64,000 nt of DNA from Bryobacterales bacterium. Lineage in GTDB: Bacteria; Acidobacteriota; Terriglobia; Bryobacterales; UBA6623. The notes below the pieces were generated by a model. It did not search any database. It worked only from the letters and a program-made list of their open reading frames with translations, and was not told the origin of the DNA. Shown in pieces: positions 7,753 to 17,645 of the stretch (position 1 is its first letter; each line of letters begins with the position of its first letter). The translations under genes were made by a program, and so were the position numbers. The DNA lies in assembly GCA_965214915.1 (NCBI GenBank), contig CBDCCP010000003.1, positions 468,440 through 532,439 on the forward strand, given 5' to 3'.

Positions 7753-10650
7753 CTAGAAGTGGTAGCGAAGTCCGATCTGCAACACCCGCCCGCCCCGCGA
7801 ACCGATAATCCTGCCTGCATTGGCGTTCCGCGCGTGAGCGGGACCGATTTCGTTGTCCGGGTCGTTCCAGTTCCCCTGGTTCATGAAATTGAAACTCTGG
7901 ACAAGGACCTCGATGCTTTGTTCCTGCGGCAGCACCACCCGCTTGCTGAGCGAAATGTCGTGGTTGCGATAGCTCGGATTGCGTAGCGTCGAGTGCGTGC
8001 GCGGCACGTTGCCGAGCGTGAAATCGGCCGGGTCGACAAACGCGGACGGATTGAACCAAGCCTCCGGGCCGGGCTTGTCGACATGCGGGTCAACGCCCGA
8101 AACCGCGTCGACTCTGAGATACGGGACGACGCCGCCGGTATTGTTAAATAACGGCTCGAGCGTGATCGGATCGCCGCTCAACCACGTGGTGAACCCGCGG
8201 ACCGACCAATCCGAGACGAGCTTGCTCAGATATCCGGGCCGGGCCAGCACGGCCTTGCCGGGCCCGAAGGGCAACTCGTACGTGTAGCTGAGCGAGAACC
8301 GTTGCGGCCGCGTCCCGCGTGTCAGCGCCCACGCGGTGGACCGGTCGCTCGGATCCTGGATGCCGGGGCCGGAATAGTCGTCCCAGCGCTTGCGGTAGGC
8401 GTACTCGAGATCGAGACTCAGACCGTTCCCGTTTCGTTTCTGCAGGTTCACAACGCTCTCGTCGTAGCGATACTTGCCGCCGGGGTACTGGTAGTTCATG
8501 CGGATCTGCTGCACATGCGGGAACGGGCGCAAAGACCGCCGGAAGCCTTCATCGTAAAGGCGGTCGCGGTACGCAAGCGCCTCAACGGGCACGCTGTTCA
8601 TGGCCGCGATCTGGCCCCCGATCAGCATGTCCCTGCCGCGCATCGTCCGGCCTCGCGCCCGAACGGTCAGACCGCCGGCGAGCTTGTGCTCGATTTCCAA
8701 GCTGGCTTGATTGTGAGTCGGCTGGGCGTCCGTGCGCGGAATCATGTCCACGTCGGTGTTGTTGGCGAAGTCGCCCCCCAGGTCGGGCAACGGGCGGGCG
8801 AGTTCCGGGAAGCCTTGGGCAAGCGTCACCGCGGGCGTCAACTGCCGGTTCGGCGACAGCGGAAAGCGTCGTCCCGAGAAGCCTTGCGTGGCGAAGGGGC
8901 CGGGCCGCAGCGTCACGGGGCTGTACGCCCGCAGCAGGGCGCCCCGTACGACAGTCCTGCGGTCGTCCGTCGGACTCCAGGAGACGCCCACACGCGGCTC
9001 GGCGCGAATACGGAACGGCTGGAACGCCCGGCCCTCGCCGTCCAGGCCCGCGAACGCCAGCGCGCCCGCCGTGCCGGTCGCCGGATTCATCGCCGCCGGG
9101 TCGAAAGAGGACTGCCGGTTGTACTTCTCCGTGCGGGGGCTGGAAGCGTTGACGTTGAGCCGCAAAGTCAGCGTCAGGTTCGGGCTGACCTGCCACTGAT
9201 CGGCGACCGAGTTCTCGAACGCCCGCCGGCGGATGTAGGCGGGGTGCGGCTGGTCGGTCGCCTGGGCGCGCCAAGCATGGCCGAGCAGGAAGGTCGCGAA
9301 GCCGTCTCCCGTGTCAGTGATCCCGGGCAAGCCTGTGATGCGGTCATCGAACGAAAAGGCGCCCGAGGGAGCGTCCAACTCGAGTGTGTTCCACGCGAAC
9401 GCTCTGGATTCGCTGACGATCGTCCAAGTATGACTCGCCTTGCGGAGAATCAACTCGTTATTCAGGTTGTATTTGGCGAGGGCGTTCCGTAAATACGACC
9501 GCTGCGATGGCCCTAGTCCGATGTACCGCCGAATACGCAGCGAGGGAAAGACCGAGCCGCTCACGCCGCGCAGTCCGAGAGCGGCGGGCAGGTCGCTATC
9601 GCCCGCGAGAGAGATCGTGTCGATGACCTCCGACTCCGCTCTGAACGAGCCGTGATACATGAGATTCGGCGTTAGGTTGACCGTATCGGACAGTTTGACG
9701 CCGCGGTTCTTGAAATTCCGGTCCGGCCGTCCCGGGTTCGCTGCATTCGGAAAAATGTTCGGCGTGTCCTGGAAGCCGTCCGAGGAGTTGATGTTGAGGG
9801 TGAGCTTTTGCATCGCGCCGAGATTGTGGTCGATGCGCGCGATGAAGCCGTCCGGCGTGTTGCGCTCCGAGGGGTTCGCCCAGTAATTGTTGCGCAAGAA
9901 CGGTCCGACGTTGGTATTGGGTTGCGGATACGATCGGATCGCCTCCCGCGCCACGCTGTCAATGCGCGAATCGGGAATTCGGTTGTTGGGGAAGGCGTCC
10001 CGCTCGTACTCCAGGTTCGACCGCTTAACCGGCAGGGCCGGGTCGTACCTCGGGTTGCGGCGCGTCGATGCCGGATCGTAGATGGTCAGCGGCCGGCCGG
10101 CGCGGTTGACGAGATCCGACAAGTCGGCGAGGCGCTGCCGGGCTGTCGGCAGCGTGAACAAATACGACCGGCCCACCCGCTCGCGGGTACCCTCGTACGA
10201 AAACGTGAAGAACGACGCCCTTCTGCCATCGTAGATCTTCGGAATCACAACCGGGCCGTTGACGGTCAGCCCGAACTGATTACGGCGGCGCAGATTGCGG
10301 TCCCCGCCCCGCTGCACCACCTCGTGGGGCGCCGCGTCGAGCACATCGTTGCGGAAGTACTCGAAGAGACGGCCATGCCACGAGTCGGCGCGCCCGCCGG
10401 CATGCTTGGCGCTCTGCCCCGCGCCCGTCTGACCCGGACGCACGCCCACCGCGGCCGTGACCTGCCGAAAGGTCTGGATGGCCCGTTGGATCTGCGCTAG
10501 ATCCGGCTTGTCGTTGCTTCGCGGAGCCCGTTCGTCGGGCTGACCGGACTCAACCTCCGCCGGGCTCCCCGCCGCCGCGGGCGGCTGAGCGGAGGAAGCC
10601 GCGACAAGGCCTGCAAACGCTACAATGACGGCAAGGATCGCCGGCCGCAC
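7753..10650 (-). CDS. Oar-like TonB-dependent receptor barrel lacking most of the N-terminal and plug domains
   Basis: WHGRLFEYFRND, NQFGLTVNGP, YELPFGPGK, NFMNQGNWNDP and RVLQIGLRYHF match the acidobacterial TBDRs in this window; GTG start with signal peptide. Confidence 0.85.
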   Translation of the reverse strand: MRPAILAVIVAFAGLVAASSAQPPAAAGSPAEVESGQPDERAPRSNDKPDLAQIQRAIQTFRQVTAAVGVRPGQTGAGQSAKHAGGRADSWHGRLFEYFRNDVLDAAPHEVVQRGGDRNLRRRNQFGLTVNGPVVIPKIYDGRRASFFTFSYEGTRERVGRSYLFTLPTARQRLADLSDLVNRAGRPLTIYDPASTRRNPRYDPALPVKRSNLEYERDAFPNNRIPDSRIDSVAREAIRSYPQPNTNVGPFLRNNYWANPSERNTPDGFIARIDHNLGAMQKLTLNINSSDGFQDTPNIFPNAANPGRPDRNFKNRGVKLSDTVNLTPNLMYHGSFRAESEVIDTISLAGDSDLPAALGLRGVSGSVFPSLRIRRYIGLGPSQRSYLRNALAKYNLNNELILRKASHTWTIVSESRAFAWNTLELDAPSGAFSFDDRITGLPGITDTGDGFATFLLGHAWRAQATDQPHPAYIRRRAFENSVADQWQVSPNLTLTLRLNVNASSPRTEKYNRQSSFDPAAMNPATGTAGALAFAGLDGEGRAFQPFRIRAEPRVGVSWSPTDDRRTVVRGALLRAYSPVTLRPGPFATQGFSGRRFPLSPNRQLTPAVTLAQGFPELARPLPDLGGDFANNTDVDMIPRTDAQPTHNQASLEIEHKLAGGLTVRARGRTMRGRDMLIGGQIAAMNSVPVEALAYRDRLYDEGFRRSLRPFPHVQQIRMNYQYPGGKYRYDESVVNLQKRNGNGLSLDLEYAYRKRWDDYSGPGIQDPSDRSTAWALTRGTRPQRFSLSYTYELPFGPGKAVLARPGYLSKLVSDWSVRGFTTWLSGDPITLEPLFNNTGGVVPYLRVDAVSGVDPHVDKPGPEAWFNPSAFVDPADFTLGNVPRTHSTLRNPSYRNHDISLSKRVVLPQEQSIEVLVQSFNFMNQGNWNDPDNEIGPAHARNANAGRIIGSRGGRVLQIGLRYHF

Positions 10651-10692
10651 TCAAACCTCCCGATTTTAGTATACACGCATCGCGAATCCGCC

Positions 10693-11580
10693 ATGAAATT
10701 CTTGCTCAAGGCAGCCGCGGCCCTCGCCGGCCTGCTGGCCGTCCTGGCCGTTGCGGCGAGCTTTCATCCCGAAGCGGGCAACGTTTACCGCGCGCTCAAC
10801 CCGAGCGAGGACTACGACACGGAGCCTCCCGCGCTGCCCGACGATCTCGCGGACCCGGCAATCCTGGTTTTCACCAAGACCAACGGGTTCCGCCACGGCG
10901 AAGCGATCGACGCGGGGCTCGCCGTCTTCGAGGAAATGGCCGTGCGCCGCGGTTGGTCGCTCTTTCACACCGAAAACGGCGCGGCCCACAACCCCGAGAC
11001 GCTTTCCCGTTTCCGAGCGGTGATCTGGCACAACGCCAGCGGCGCGCCCGTCAACGAAGAGCAGCGGGCCGCGCTCAAAAATTGGATCGAAAGCGGGGGC
11101 GGCTTCATCGGCATCCACGCCGCCACTGACGACTCGCACTCCGGCTGGCCGTGGTATCAACGGCAACTGGTCGGCGCCCGCTTCATCGGGCACACCCTGG
11201 GGCCGCAATTTCAGCCGGCCGTCATCCGTGTCGAGGACGCCGCGCATCGAGCCATGCGCCGCCTCGGCCCGACCTGGGAGCACACCGCGGAGTGGTACTC
11301 TTACGACCGCAGCGTCCGCGGGCAGCCGGGAGCGCGCGTCCTGGCCACCGTCGACGAAACCACCTACAGCCCCCGCCTGAAGCTGCTCTGGACCGACCGC
11401 GATCTGTCGATGGGCGACCACCCGGTCATCTGGACCCGCGCCTTGGGCCGGGGCCGCGCCTTCTTCTCGGCTCTGGGCCACTCCGCCGAAGCCTACCGCG
11501 GCGCCCCCTACCAAGGCGTTCTGGAAGGCGCCATCGAATGGGCGGCGCGTCTCGGCAGCGAAGCGGATTCCGGCAAGTAA
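10693..11580 (+). CDS. ThuA-like (class I glutamine amidotransferase-like fold) domain protein
   Basis: ILVFTKTNGFRH, GGGFIGIHAATD, EWYSY, HPVIW, GRAFFSALGH. Confidence 0.88.
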   Translation: MKFLLKAAAALAGLLAVLAVAASFHPEAGNVYRALNPSEDYDTEPPALPDDLADPAILVFTKTNGFRHGEAIDAGLAVFEEMAVRRGWSLFHTENGAAHNPETLSRFRAVIWHNASGAPVNEEQRAALKNWIESGGGFIGIHAATDDSHSGWPWYQRQLVGARFIGHTLGPQFQPAVIRVEDAAHRAMRRLGPTWEHTAEWYSYDRSVRGQPGARVLATVDETTYSPRLKLLWTDRDLSMGDHPVIWTRALGRGRAFFSALGHSAEAYRGAPYQGVLEGAIEWAARLGSEADSGK

Positions 11581-11584
11581 CGAG

Positions 11585-14173
11585 TCAGTCCCCGGCTTTG
11601 CCTACCCAGAACGGGCTGGACCAGGCCATGCCGCCGTCGATCTGGCGCACGCGCACGTAGTAGTAGTCGCCCGGCTCGGCGGCGCCGCGGTCGGTGTAGC
11701 GGAACTCCTGGTCGAGCGCTTGCCCGCGCGTCACGATTTGAGCGGAAAGCGCGTCGGTGTGCTCAAGCACGCCGTACTCCTTGCGGACGACCTGGCCGTT
11801 GAAGTCGCCAAGGCGGAAATCGACCTTGTTCGCCGGCAAGCGCTGCGGACGGCGCTCGTAGCCGCCCGACCCCAGCGACTCGCGCGTCGTTTCCATATCC
11901 ACGGTCACCGTCGTATCGGGGCCGGCGCCGGCGAGCTTCAGCAGCAGCGCCTTGCCCCGCCCGCGGGTGTTCATCTCGAAATCGATCCGGTTGCGGTCTT
12001 GACTGTTGCGCGCGGCGCCATAAGTCGCCGGCTGCGTGAACCAGGGATCCTTGTAGTCGATCAGCCGCGCGCCCTTGACGACAACCGCCCCGCGCCAAGG
12101 CCTCCCGCCGCGGGGAACCTGGCGGCGTCCGATAACTTCCGTCGAAGACTCGAAGACGATCTGCAGCCAGGTTTCCTCCGTAACCTCGCTTTCGAGATAC
12201 CGCTTGCTGTAAACCACCTTCCCGTTCTTGATGACGTCGATCGCATCGATCGGTGCGGTCCCGTTGACGCGGCAAGCGATCTCGCGCGCGGCGGCGTTCG
12301 GCTGCCGCCGCCCCATGCGGCTCCCGTTGAGCGTGACGTCGAGAACGATCCGCTCGCCGGTCGTGGCGTATACGGCGCGGTCGCGTAGCGCGCTGAAAAT
12401 CTCGTCGGGGGTATTTTCCCGAGCGACCGCCGCCGCCAGTCCGCCCATCTGGCGGTTCCCGATGCCCGAATAACCCGGGTGGCCGTTGTGGTTGTCGGAG
12501 GCGCCGACAAAGCCGACCTCGAATCCGTTCAGCAGATACTTGTCGCCGAACCAGTCGAATGTGCCGTGGCCCGATTGGATCTCGACCAGCCGCTCCATGT
12601 CGCCGTCGTTCTTGCTCCAATCGCCGGCCTGATGGGCGTGCGGAATGATCAGCACGTCGTCCGTGCCGTTCTGCCTGCGCAGGCCGGCGTAAAGCTCGTC
12701 GAGCAGGGGCGCTTTCTGATTGGGCACGCGGCGGCGTCCGGGCGCGTTGCGGAAGAAGACGTTGTGGTGCCCGCCGTAGAGCAGCCGGGAGGTCCACTCG
12801 AAACCGAGAATGATCGTGAACCGTCCCGGAACGCGGTGCTTCTCCACCATGTTCTGCAGCGTCTTCCATTCGCGGTCGTCCATCCAGATGTCGTGCTCGG
12901 AAAGACTGAGAAAGTCGAGCCGGGCCACGTCGCGCCCGAACTTGTAATAGCCGTCGGGAGACCCCTGCCCTTCCGCAAACGCGGTATGCCCGTGGGTTTC
13001 GCCCCAGAAGACGCGGTAGGCCGGATCGGCTTCGACGCGCACCGGGTTGCTCGCCGCCTGCAGCGAGCCGTCGGCGTTCCTCACGCTGAAGCGGTAGACG
13101 CCCGGCTCGCCGAGGCGCACGTTGTCGAGCTCGACCAGGGCGGGGCTGCCCGCCGCAATCTTGCGCAACGGCTTGCCGTTGACCGACACTTCGAGCGCGG
13201 GCATGACTCCCGACGACAGGTTCTTGCTGCGATCCTCGGCGCGCACCGCCAGAGTGAACGCCTCGTCGGGCTCGACAATCGACGGCGCGACCGCGTTGAC
13301 GTAGCGCACCTCGTCGCGGCCGACGACCTCGAACGAAGGCCACTTCGGCGTCAGCAGATCCCCCTGCCCCTCGAGATCGACCAGGACGTGCAGGATCACT
13401 TGGTCGTTCGAGGACTCCTGCAGCTTCAGGCCCGGTCCGCCGCCGGACGTATCGCCGTATGTGATCGTAATGGTGTCGCCCTCGGCAAGGTCCGCCCCGC
13501 TCAGCCGGAAGGAGAGATTCGACGTGCGAATCAGGAAGCTCAGCCAGTCGCCCCACGGCTCGGCCGGCGTGAAGCGGGCCTGGGGATTGGAGCTGCGCAC
13601 GGTGACGTAGTTCGCCTTGGTGAGATCGTCCGCCTGAAGGTTTGCGCTCCTGCGGCCGCTTTTGCGCAATACGATTCCCCCGCCCGCGGCCATCGGCATC
13701 GCGCCGACCGTGTAGATTTGGGTCAGCGTGACGAACTGCCCGGCGCGGAAGGGGCCGGGCGGCGTCAAGGTCAGCGAGCCGACCGCGTCCGGCTGCTCGT
13801 CCTTGATCTGAAACTCGCGCGTGTAACGCCGGATGAACTCCGGGACCACGGCGACAGGGATCTGCGCGCCGCCCTGCGGCAAGCGCCGCAGCGCCCGGTT
13901 GGCGTTGGCCGTAAGCTGCGGAAAAGCGTCGGGGAAGGGGCCGCCGGTCAACGAGTAGGCGTTGGCCCATTGCCACAGCGTATCGAGCCGCGCGGCCAGC
14001 GTCTCGATGTCCGCGGCGCCGTCTTGCGCCTCGACCTTGAGCCGCTCGACGCGGGCGCGCAGGTCGGGGCTCAGGTAATCGCCGCTATCCGCGGCGTTTC
14101 GGTATTGGGCGGCGGCCGCCGCCAGCAGCAGCGCGCCGAGCAAGAGCAGACCGAGAGCGGTTGGACGTTTCAT
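11585..14173 (-). CDS. Secreted DUF3604/PHP-like metallohydrolase
   Basis: Signal peptide; FWGETHGHT, LSEHD, IPHAH, GFVGASDNH, VYATTG; C-terminal YYYVRVRQ..AWSSP. Confidence 0.8.
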   Translation of the reverse strand: MKRPTALGLLLLGALLLAAAAAQYRNAADSGDYLSPDLRARVERLKVEAQDGAADIETLAARLDTLWQWANAYSLTGGPFPDAFPQLTANANRALRRLPQGGAQIPVAVVPEFIRRYTREFQIKDEQPDAVGSLTLTPPGPFRAGQFVTLTQIYTVGAMPMAAGGGIVLRKSGRRSANLQADDLTKANYVTVRSSNPQARFTPAEPWGDWLSFLIRTSNLSFRLSGADLAEGDTITITYGDTSGGGPGLKLQESSNDQVILHVLVDLEGQGDLLTPKWPSFEVVGRDEVRYVNAVAPSIVEPDEAFTLAVRAEDRSKNLSSGVMPALEVSVNGKPLRKIAAGSPALVELDNVRLGEPGVYRFSVRNADGSLQAASNPVRVEADPAYRVFWGETHGHTAFAEGQGSPDGYYKFGRDVARLDFLSLSEHDIWMDDREWKTLQNMVEKHRVPGRFTIILGFEWTSRLLYGGHHNVFFRNAPGRRRVPNQKAPLLDELYAGLRRQNGTDDVLIIPHAHQAGDWSKNDGDMERLVEIQSGHGTFDWFGDKYLLNGFEVGFVGASDNHNGHPGYSGIGNRQMGGLAAAVARENTPDEIFSALRDRAVYATTGERIVLDVTLNGSRMGRRQPNAAAREIACRVNGTAPIDAIDVIKNGKVVYSKRYLESEVTEETWLQIVFESSTEVIGRRQVPRGGRPWRGAVVVKGARLIDYKDPWFTQPATYGAARNSQDRNRIDFEMNTRGRGKALLLKLAGAGPDTTVTVDMETTRESLGSGGYERRPQRLPANKVDFRLGDFNGQVVRKEYGVLEHTDALSAQIVTRGQALDQEFRYTDRGAAEPGDYYYVRVRQIDGGMAWSSPFWVGKAGD

Positions 14174-14223
14174 TTTGGGAATCCTGCGCCCGCGAAAGGC
14201 CGCGGACTGCCCAAGAGTATACG

Positions 14224-17200
14224 CTACGCGCCCGGCCCGGAATCCGCGGCGGCGGCCCCGCTCTTGCCGGCCGCCAACACGTCGGCCAAGGAGCGGGCCG
14301 CCCTGTACTCAGCCGGCGACCGCCCCGTTTTGAGCGCTTCGAAATGCGCTTTCCCGCATGCGATCTTGGCGCTTTCGACGCCGCGAAGATCGCCGGCAAG
14401 CAGACTGCCTTTCGTCTCGACCACGAAATACAGCCGCTCGCCTTCATCGTCTTCGATCAGCACGGCCCAGTCCGGGTTGTAGCCGCCGAGCGGCGTCGGC
14501 ACGGTGAACCATCCGGGCAGCTTGGCGTACACCTTGACTGCGGCGTTCTTCTCCAGGTCTCGCGCAAAGTCCGCTTCGATCGCGGACTCGTAAACGACCT
14601 GCTCGTAAACCGACTTCTCCGCGTCGAGCATATTCTTCAGATAGCCGGAAAGCTCCTCCGCCTCGAAGAGTTCCTGCGCGTAATAGCTTTCGTCTCCAAG
14701 GCGCTGGTACTTGATGCCGTCCACCAACGCTTGGCGCTTGCAGCGGTCGATCGTTTGCGCGGCAAGCTCGATGAATTGCTGCGGATTGCGTATGAAGTCG
14801 TCCAGGCGGCCGCTGTCCGTCAATATGCGATAGATGCTGCGCCGCGTGAGTTGCGTGCGGTCCTGAAGCTCCGTCAACACGTCGGGCAACTCGATGTCGG
14901 CCTCGTCCAACACTACCGTCGCCGCTCCGGTCGTCTCGGCCGCTTCCACGCCGGCTCGGCCAATGGCGATGCCGGCCTTGCGCCACTGGAGCCGAGTTCT
15001 GGGAATCGCCGGCGCCTCCCGCAGCGCCTGCGTGCATTGCGTGAGCAGCGCCTCGTTATCGAACGCCACGCGGTATGTGGTCTTGTGCTTGATGCGCTCC
15101 CAGAGCGCCTTGAACTCCTCGCTGCACAGCACGGCTTGGCGCGGGCGCACTGTGCGCCGCTCGTCGGCGTTTTTGACCTCCAGTCCTCCAGCGAGCTTGC
15201 GCAGCGCCTTGACGATCTCCGCCTGCTGCGCGGCAAATTCTTCGGGCGCACGGAAGGTCTTGTCCTGAAGCGCCTTGCGCAGGGAATCCTGTATCCGCCC
15301 CTGCGCGTCGATGTAGCTTTGCGTCTTCAGCCCGTCCCAGATCTTCTGCGACGCCTCGAAGCCGAGAGGCGCAACCTGTCCGTCCTTGCCTACAGCCGGA
15401 ATCGCCGCGAACCGGTGCGGCTCCACGATGCCGAAGCGCATCCCAGTGTCGGCTTCGATCTCCCGCTGCAAGTTCTCGGCGAACTCTTCGTAACTCTCCA
15501 TCGCAACGATCGTGAGCGTGTTTACATCGAAGCCGCGCAGTCGCGCGCCCTGCTGGTTGACGCACAGGCGCAGGCCGCGCCCGATGGTCTGCCGCCGCTC
15601 GCGCTCGCTGCGCATGTCGCGGAGCGTGCAAATCTGGAAGACGTTGGGGTTGTCCCAGCCCTCGCGCAGCGCCGAATGGGAGAAAATGAACTTGAGCGGC
15701 GTCTCCAGGCTCAAGAGCCTCTCCTTGTCTTTCATAATCAGGTTGTAGGCGCGTTCCGCGTTGTCGCGGTTAGTTTGGTTGTTTTCGGCGGTGTCCGTCC
15801 AGCCGCCTCTCTTGTCGATGGAAAAGTAGCCGTTGTGGACTTCGGCCGCGGCCGCGGCGAGATCCACGCCCGCAAAGAGCCCGCGGTAGTCCGGGTGGCC
15901 GGCCAGACGCCGGTACTCTTCTTCGAACATACGGGCGTAGATGCCCTTGACGGCGTTGCCCTCTTCGTCGTACTGCCGGTACCGCTTCACGGCGTCGATG
16001 AAGAAGAGGCTGAGCACTTTGATCCCCTGCGGGCGCAGGCGTTTCTCCTTGTCGAAATGCTGCCGTATGGTGCGGCGGATCATCTCGCGATGCACAGCGA
16101 GAGAGTCCACGTCGCCCCAAGCATCGCCCAAGCACAGGTATTTCTCGCCGCCGGGCACACGGAGTTCGACAAATTCTCTGCCTTTCTCGACGCGGATCTC
16201 GCCGATGCGGCAATCGCGGTAAACGGCGCGTTTGGTAATCCGCTCGAGATCGTCGCCGTCCTGAACGTTGACTTCTCGGCGTCGCACCTTCCCGAACCGC
16301 TCGACATCGAGATCGACCCTGGCTCCGATGACTCCTCGCCGGTTGCTCACCGCAATCGGGCGCACATAGGGCTTGTTGTGCGCGTCCTCGACCGTGGCCG
16401 CCGACACTTCGATCCGCTTCACCAGCTTGCGCTCGTAGGCGTCGATGGCGTCCAGCCGATAGACCATATGATGCTCGTCCGCGTGCGTCGCCGAGTAACG
16501 CAGAGTGCAGAGCGGATTCATGGCCGCAAGCGCCTCCCTGCCGCGGCCCTGCAAGCCGCCGTCCACGCTCTGCGGCTCGTCCACGATCAGGATGGGCCGC
16601 GTCGCCCGGATGAGGTCGACCGGCTTCTCGCCGCCGGTCTTCTCGCTGTCTTTGTAGAGGTTGTTGACATCCTTCTTGTTGATGGCCCCGACCGTCACGA
16701 TCATGATCTGAATCTGTGCACCGGCGGCGAAGTTGCGCACCTGCCCCAGCTTCGCCGAATCGTAGAGGAAATACTCGAAGGGCGTCCCCGAATAGAGCGC
16801 CCGGAAGTGCTCCTCGGTAATCTGCAGCGATTTGTAAACGCCCTCCTTGATCGCCACCGAGGGCACGACGATGACGAACTTGCTGAAGCCGTAACGCTTG
16901 TTCAACTCGAAAATCGTGCGCAGGTAGACGTAGGTCTTGCCGGTACCGGTCTCCATCTCTACGGTGAAGTCGCCGGAATCCAGAGAAGCGGACGGCGGCA
17001 GGCCGTTGCGAAGCTGGATACCTTTCAGGTTTTCGAGGAGATCCCCGTCAGGCAGAGTCAGCCGGTTGCCGATGCCAAGATCGTTTTCGGCAAAGCCGAG
17101 GCGTTCCTGGCGCTCCGCCGGGTCACGCATGACGGTGAACTCGGTGCGGCAGACCTCCTGCCCGCGGAACAGACCGCAGACGGCCTCGACCGCCTCAAGC

Positions 17201-17235
17201 TGAAAGTCGAGATTGGGCTCGAAATGGAGTTTCAT
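14224..17235 (-). CDS. res: Type III restriction enzyme, Res subunit
   Basis: MKLHFEPNLDFQ start, METGTGKTYVY, DEPQ, YSATH, LREGWDNPNVFQIC, QTIGRGLR, and the nuclease motif YNPDW...VVETKG. Confidence 0.95.
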   Translation of the reverse strand: MKLHFEPNLDFQLEAVEAVCGLFRGQEVCRTEFTVMRDPAERQERLGFAENDLGIGNRLTLPDGDLLENLKGIQLRNGLPPSASLDSGDFTVEMETGTGKTYVYLRTIFELNKRYGFSKFVIVVPSVAIKEGVYKSLQITEEHFRALYSGTPFEYFLYDSAKLGQVRNFAAGAQIQIMIVTVGAINKKDVNNLYKDSEKTGGEKPVDLIRATRPILIVDEPQSVDGGLQGRGREALAAMNPLCTLRYSATHADEHHMVYRLDAIDAYERKLVKRIEVSAATVEDAHNKPYVRPIAVSNRRGVIGARVDLDVERFGKVRRREVNVQDGDDLERITKRAVYRDCRIGEIRVEKGREFVELRVPGGEKYLCLGDAWGDVDSLAVHREMIRRTIRQHFDKEKRLRPQGIKVLSLFFIDAVKRYRQYDEEGNAVKGIYARMFEEEYRRLAGHPDYRGLFAGVDLAAAAAEVHNGYFSIDKRGGWTDTAENNQTNRDNAERAYNLIMKDKERLLSLETPLKFIFSHSALREGWDNPNVFQICTLRDMRSERERRQTIGRGLRLCVNQQGARLRGFDVNTLTIVAMESYEEFAENLQREIEADTGMRFGIVEPHRFAAIPAVGKDGQVAPLGFEASQKIWDGLKTQSYIDAQGRIQDSLRKALQDKTFRAPEEFAAQQAEIVKALRKLAGGLEVKNADERRTVRPRQAVLCSEEFKALWERIKHKTTYRVAFDNEALLTQCTQALREAPAIPRTRLQWRKAGIAIGRAGVEAAETTGAATVVLDEADIELPDVLTELQDRTQLTRRSIYRILTDSGRLDDFIRNPQQFIELAAQTIDRCKRQALVDGIKYQRLGDESYYAQELFEAEELSGYLKNMLDAEKSVYEQVVYESAIEADFARDLEKNAAVKVYAKLPGWFTVPTPLGGYNPDWAVLIEDDEGERLYFVVETKGSLLAGDLRGVESAKIACGKAHFEALKTGRSPAEYRAARSLADVLAAGKSGAAAADSGPGA

Positions 17236-17273
17236 CGCCGCCCCCCGAGCGGTCCGGCGTCAACCGGAATCAC
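17232..17273 (-). pseudogene. N-terminal stub of a PIN/VapC toxin (13 codons)
   Basis: GTG overlaps the antitoxin stop; reads MIPVDAGPLGGRR*, resembling MILVDAGPLVAL of VapC; its TGA overlaps the res ATG (ATGA). Confidence 0.65.
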
Positions 17274-17530
17274 CGCCCGTGCTTCTTTCGAATCGCTTCG
17301 GCGACTGCGGCCTTGGCCTGGGAAGCCGGCCCAATGGCGCTGCCGCCGGGCCCCAGGTCAAGACGGCGGTAGATATCGTAAGGGTACTCGGCCGTTGTTT
17401 CGCGCACGGTCGCCGCGTAAGCATGCAGGCCGCGTTTTAGCACCTCCGAGATCGACAGGCCGGTCCGTTGCCGCAGAGCGGCCAACGCCGCTTCGTCATC
17501 GTCATCGAGTCGAACTGTCCTGATGCTCAT
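17270..17530 (-). CDS. CopG/ribbon-helix-helix antitoxin-like protein
   Basis: MSIRTVRLDDDDEAALAALRQRTGLSISEVLKRGL; GAGGAG RBS. Confidence 0.85.
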   Translation of the reverse strand: MSIRTVRLDDDDEAALAALRQRTGLSISEVLKRGLHAYAATVRETTAEYPYDIYRRLDLGPGGSAIGPASQAKAAVAEAIRKKHGR

Positions 17531-17547
17531 CTACGCTCCTCGCTTTC

Positions 17548-17566
17548 GTAATACAGATTGCAATAC
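17548..17566. promoter_or_regulatory. Candidate RHH autoregulatory operator
   Basis: GTAATAC-AGATT-GCAATAC: two near-palindromic heptamers just upstream of the RBS of 17270..17530. Confidence 0.5.
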
Positions 17567-17645
17567 GGTACGGGCTGGGCAGTCAACCCACCCTTGTACC
17601 GTGCCCAAAGCCGCGCCGCCGGAAGATGCAGGCCGGGAACATCGT

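Noticed and set aside
17583-17642. Short ORF MFPACIFRRRG... after the HEAT-like gene as another toxin stub
   Set aside because: Position is suggestive, but I cannot match it to a family by eye.
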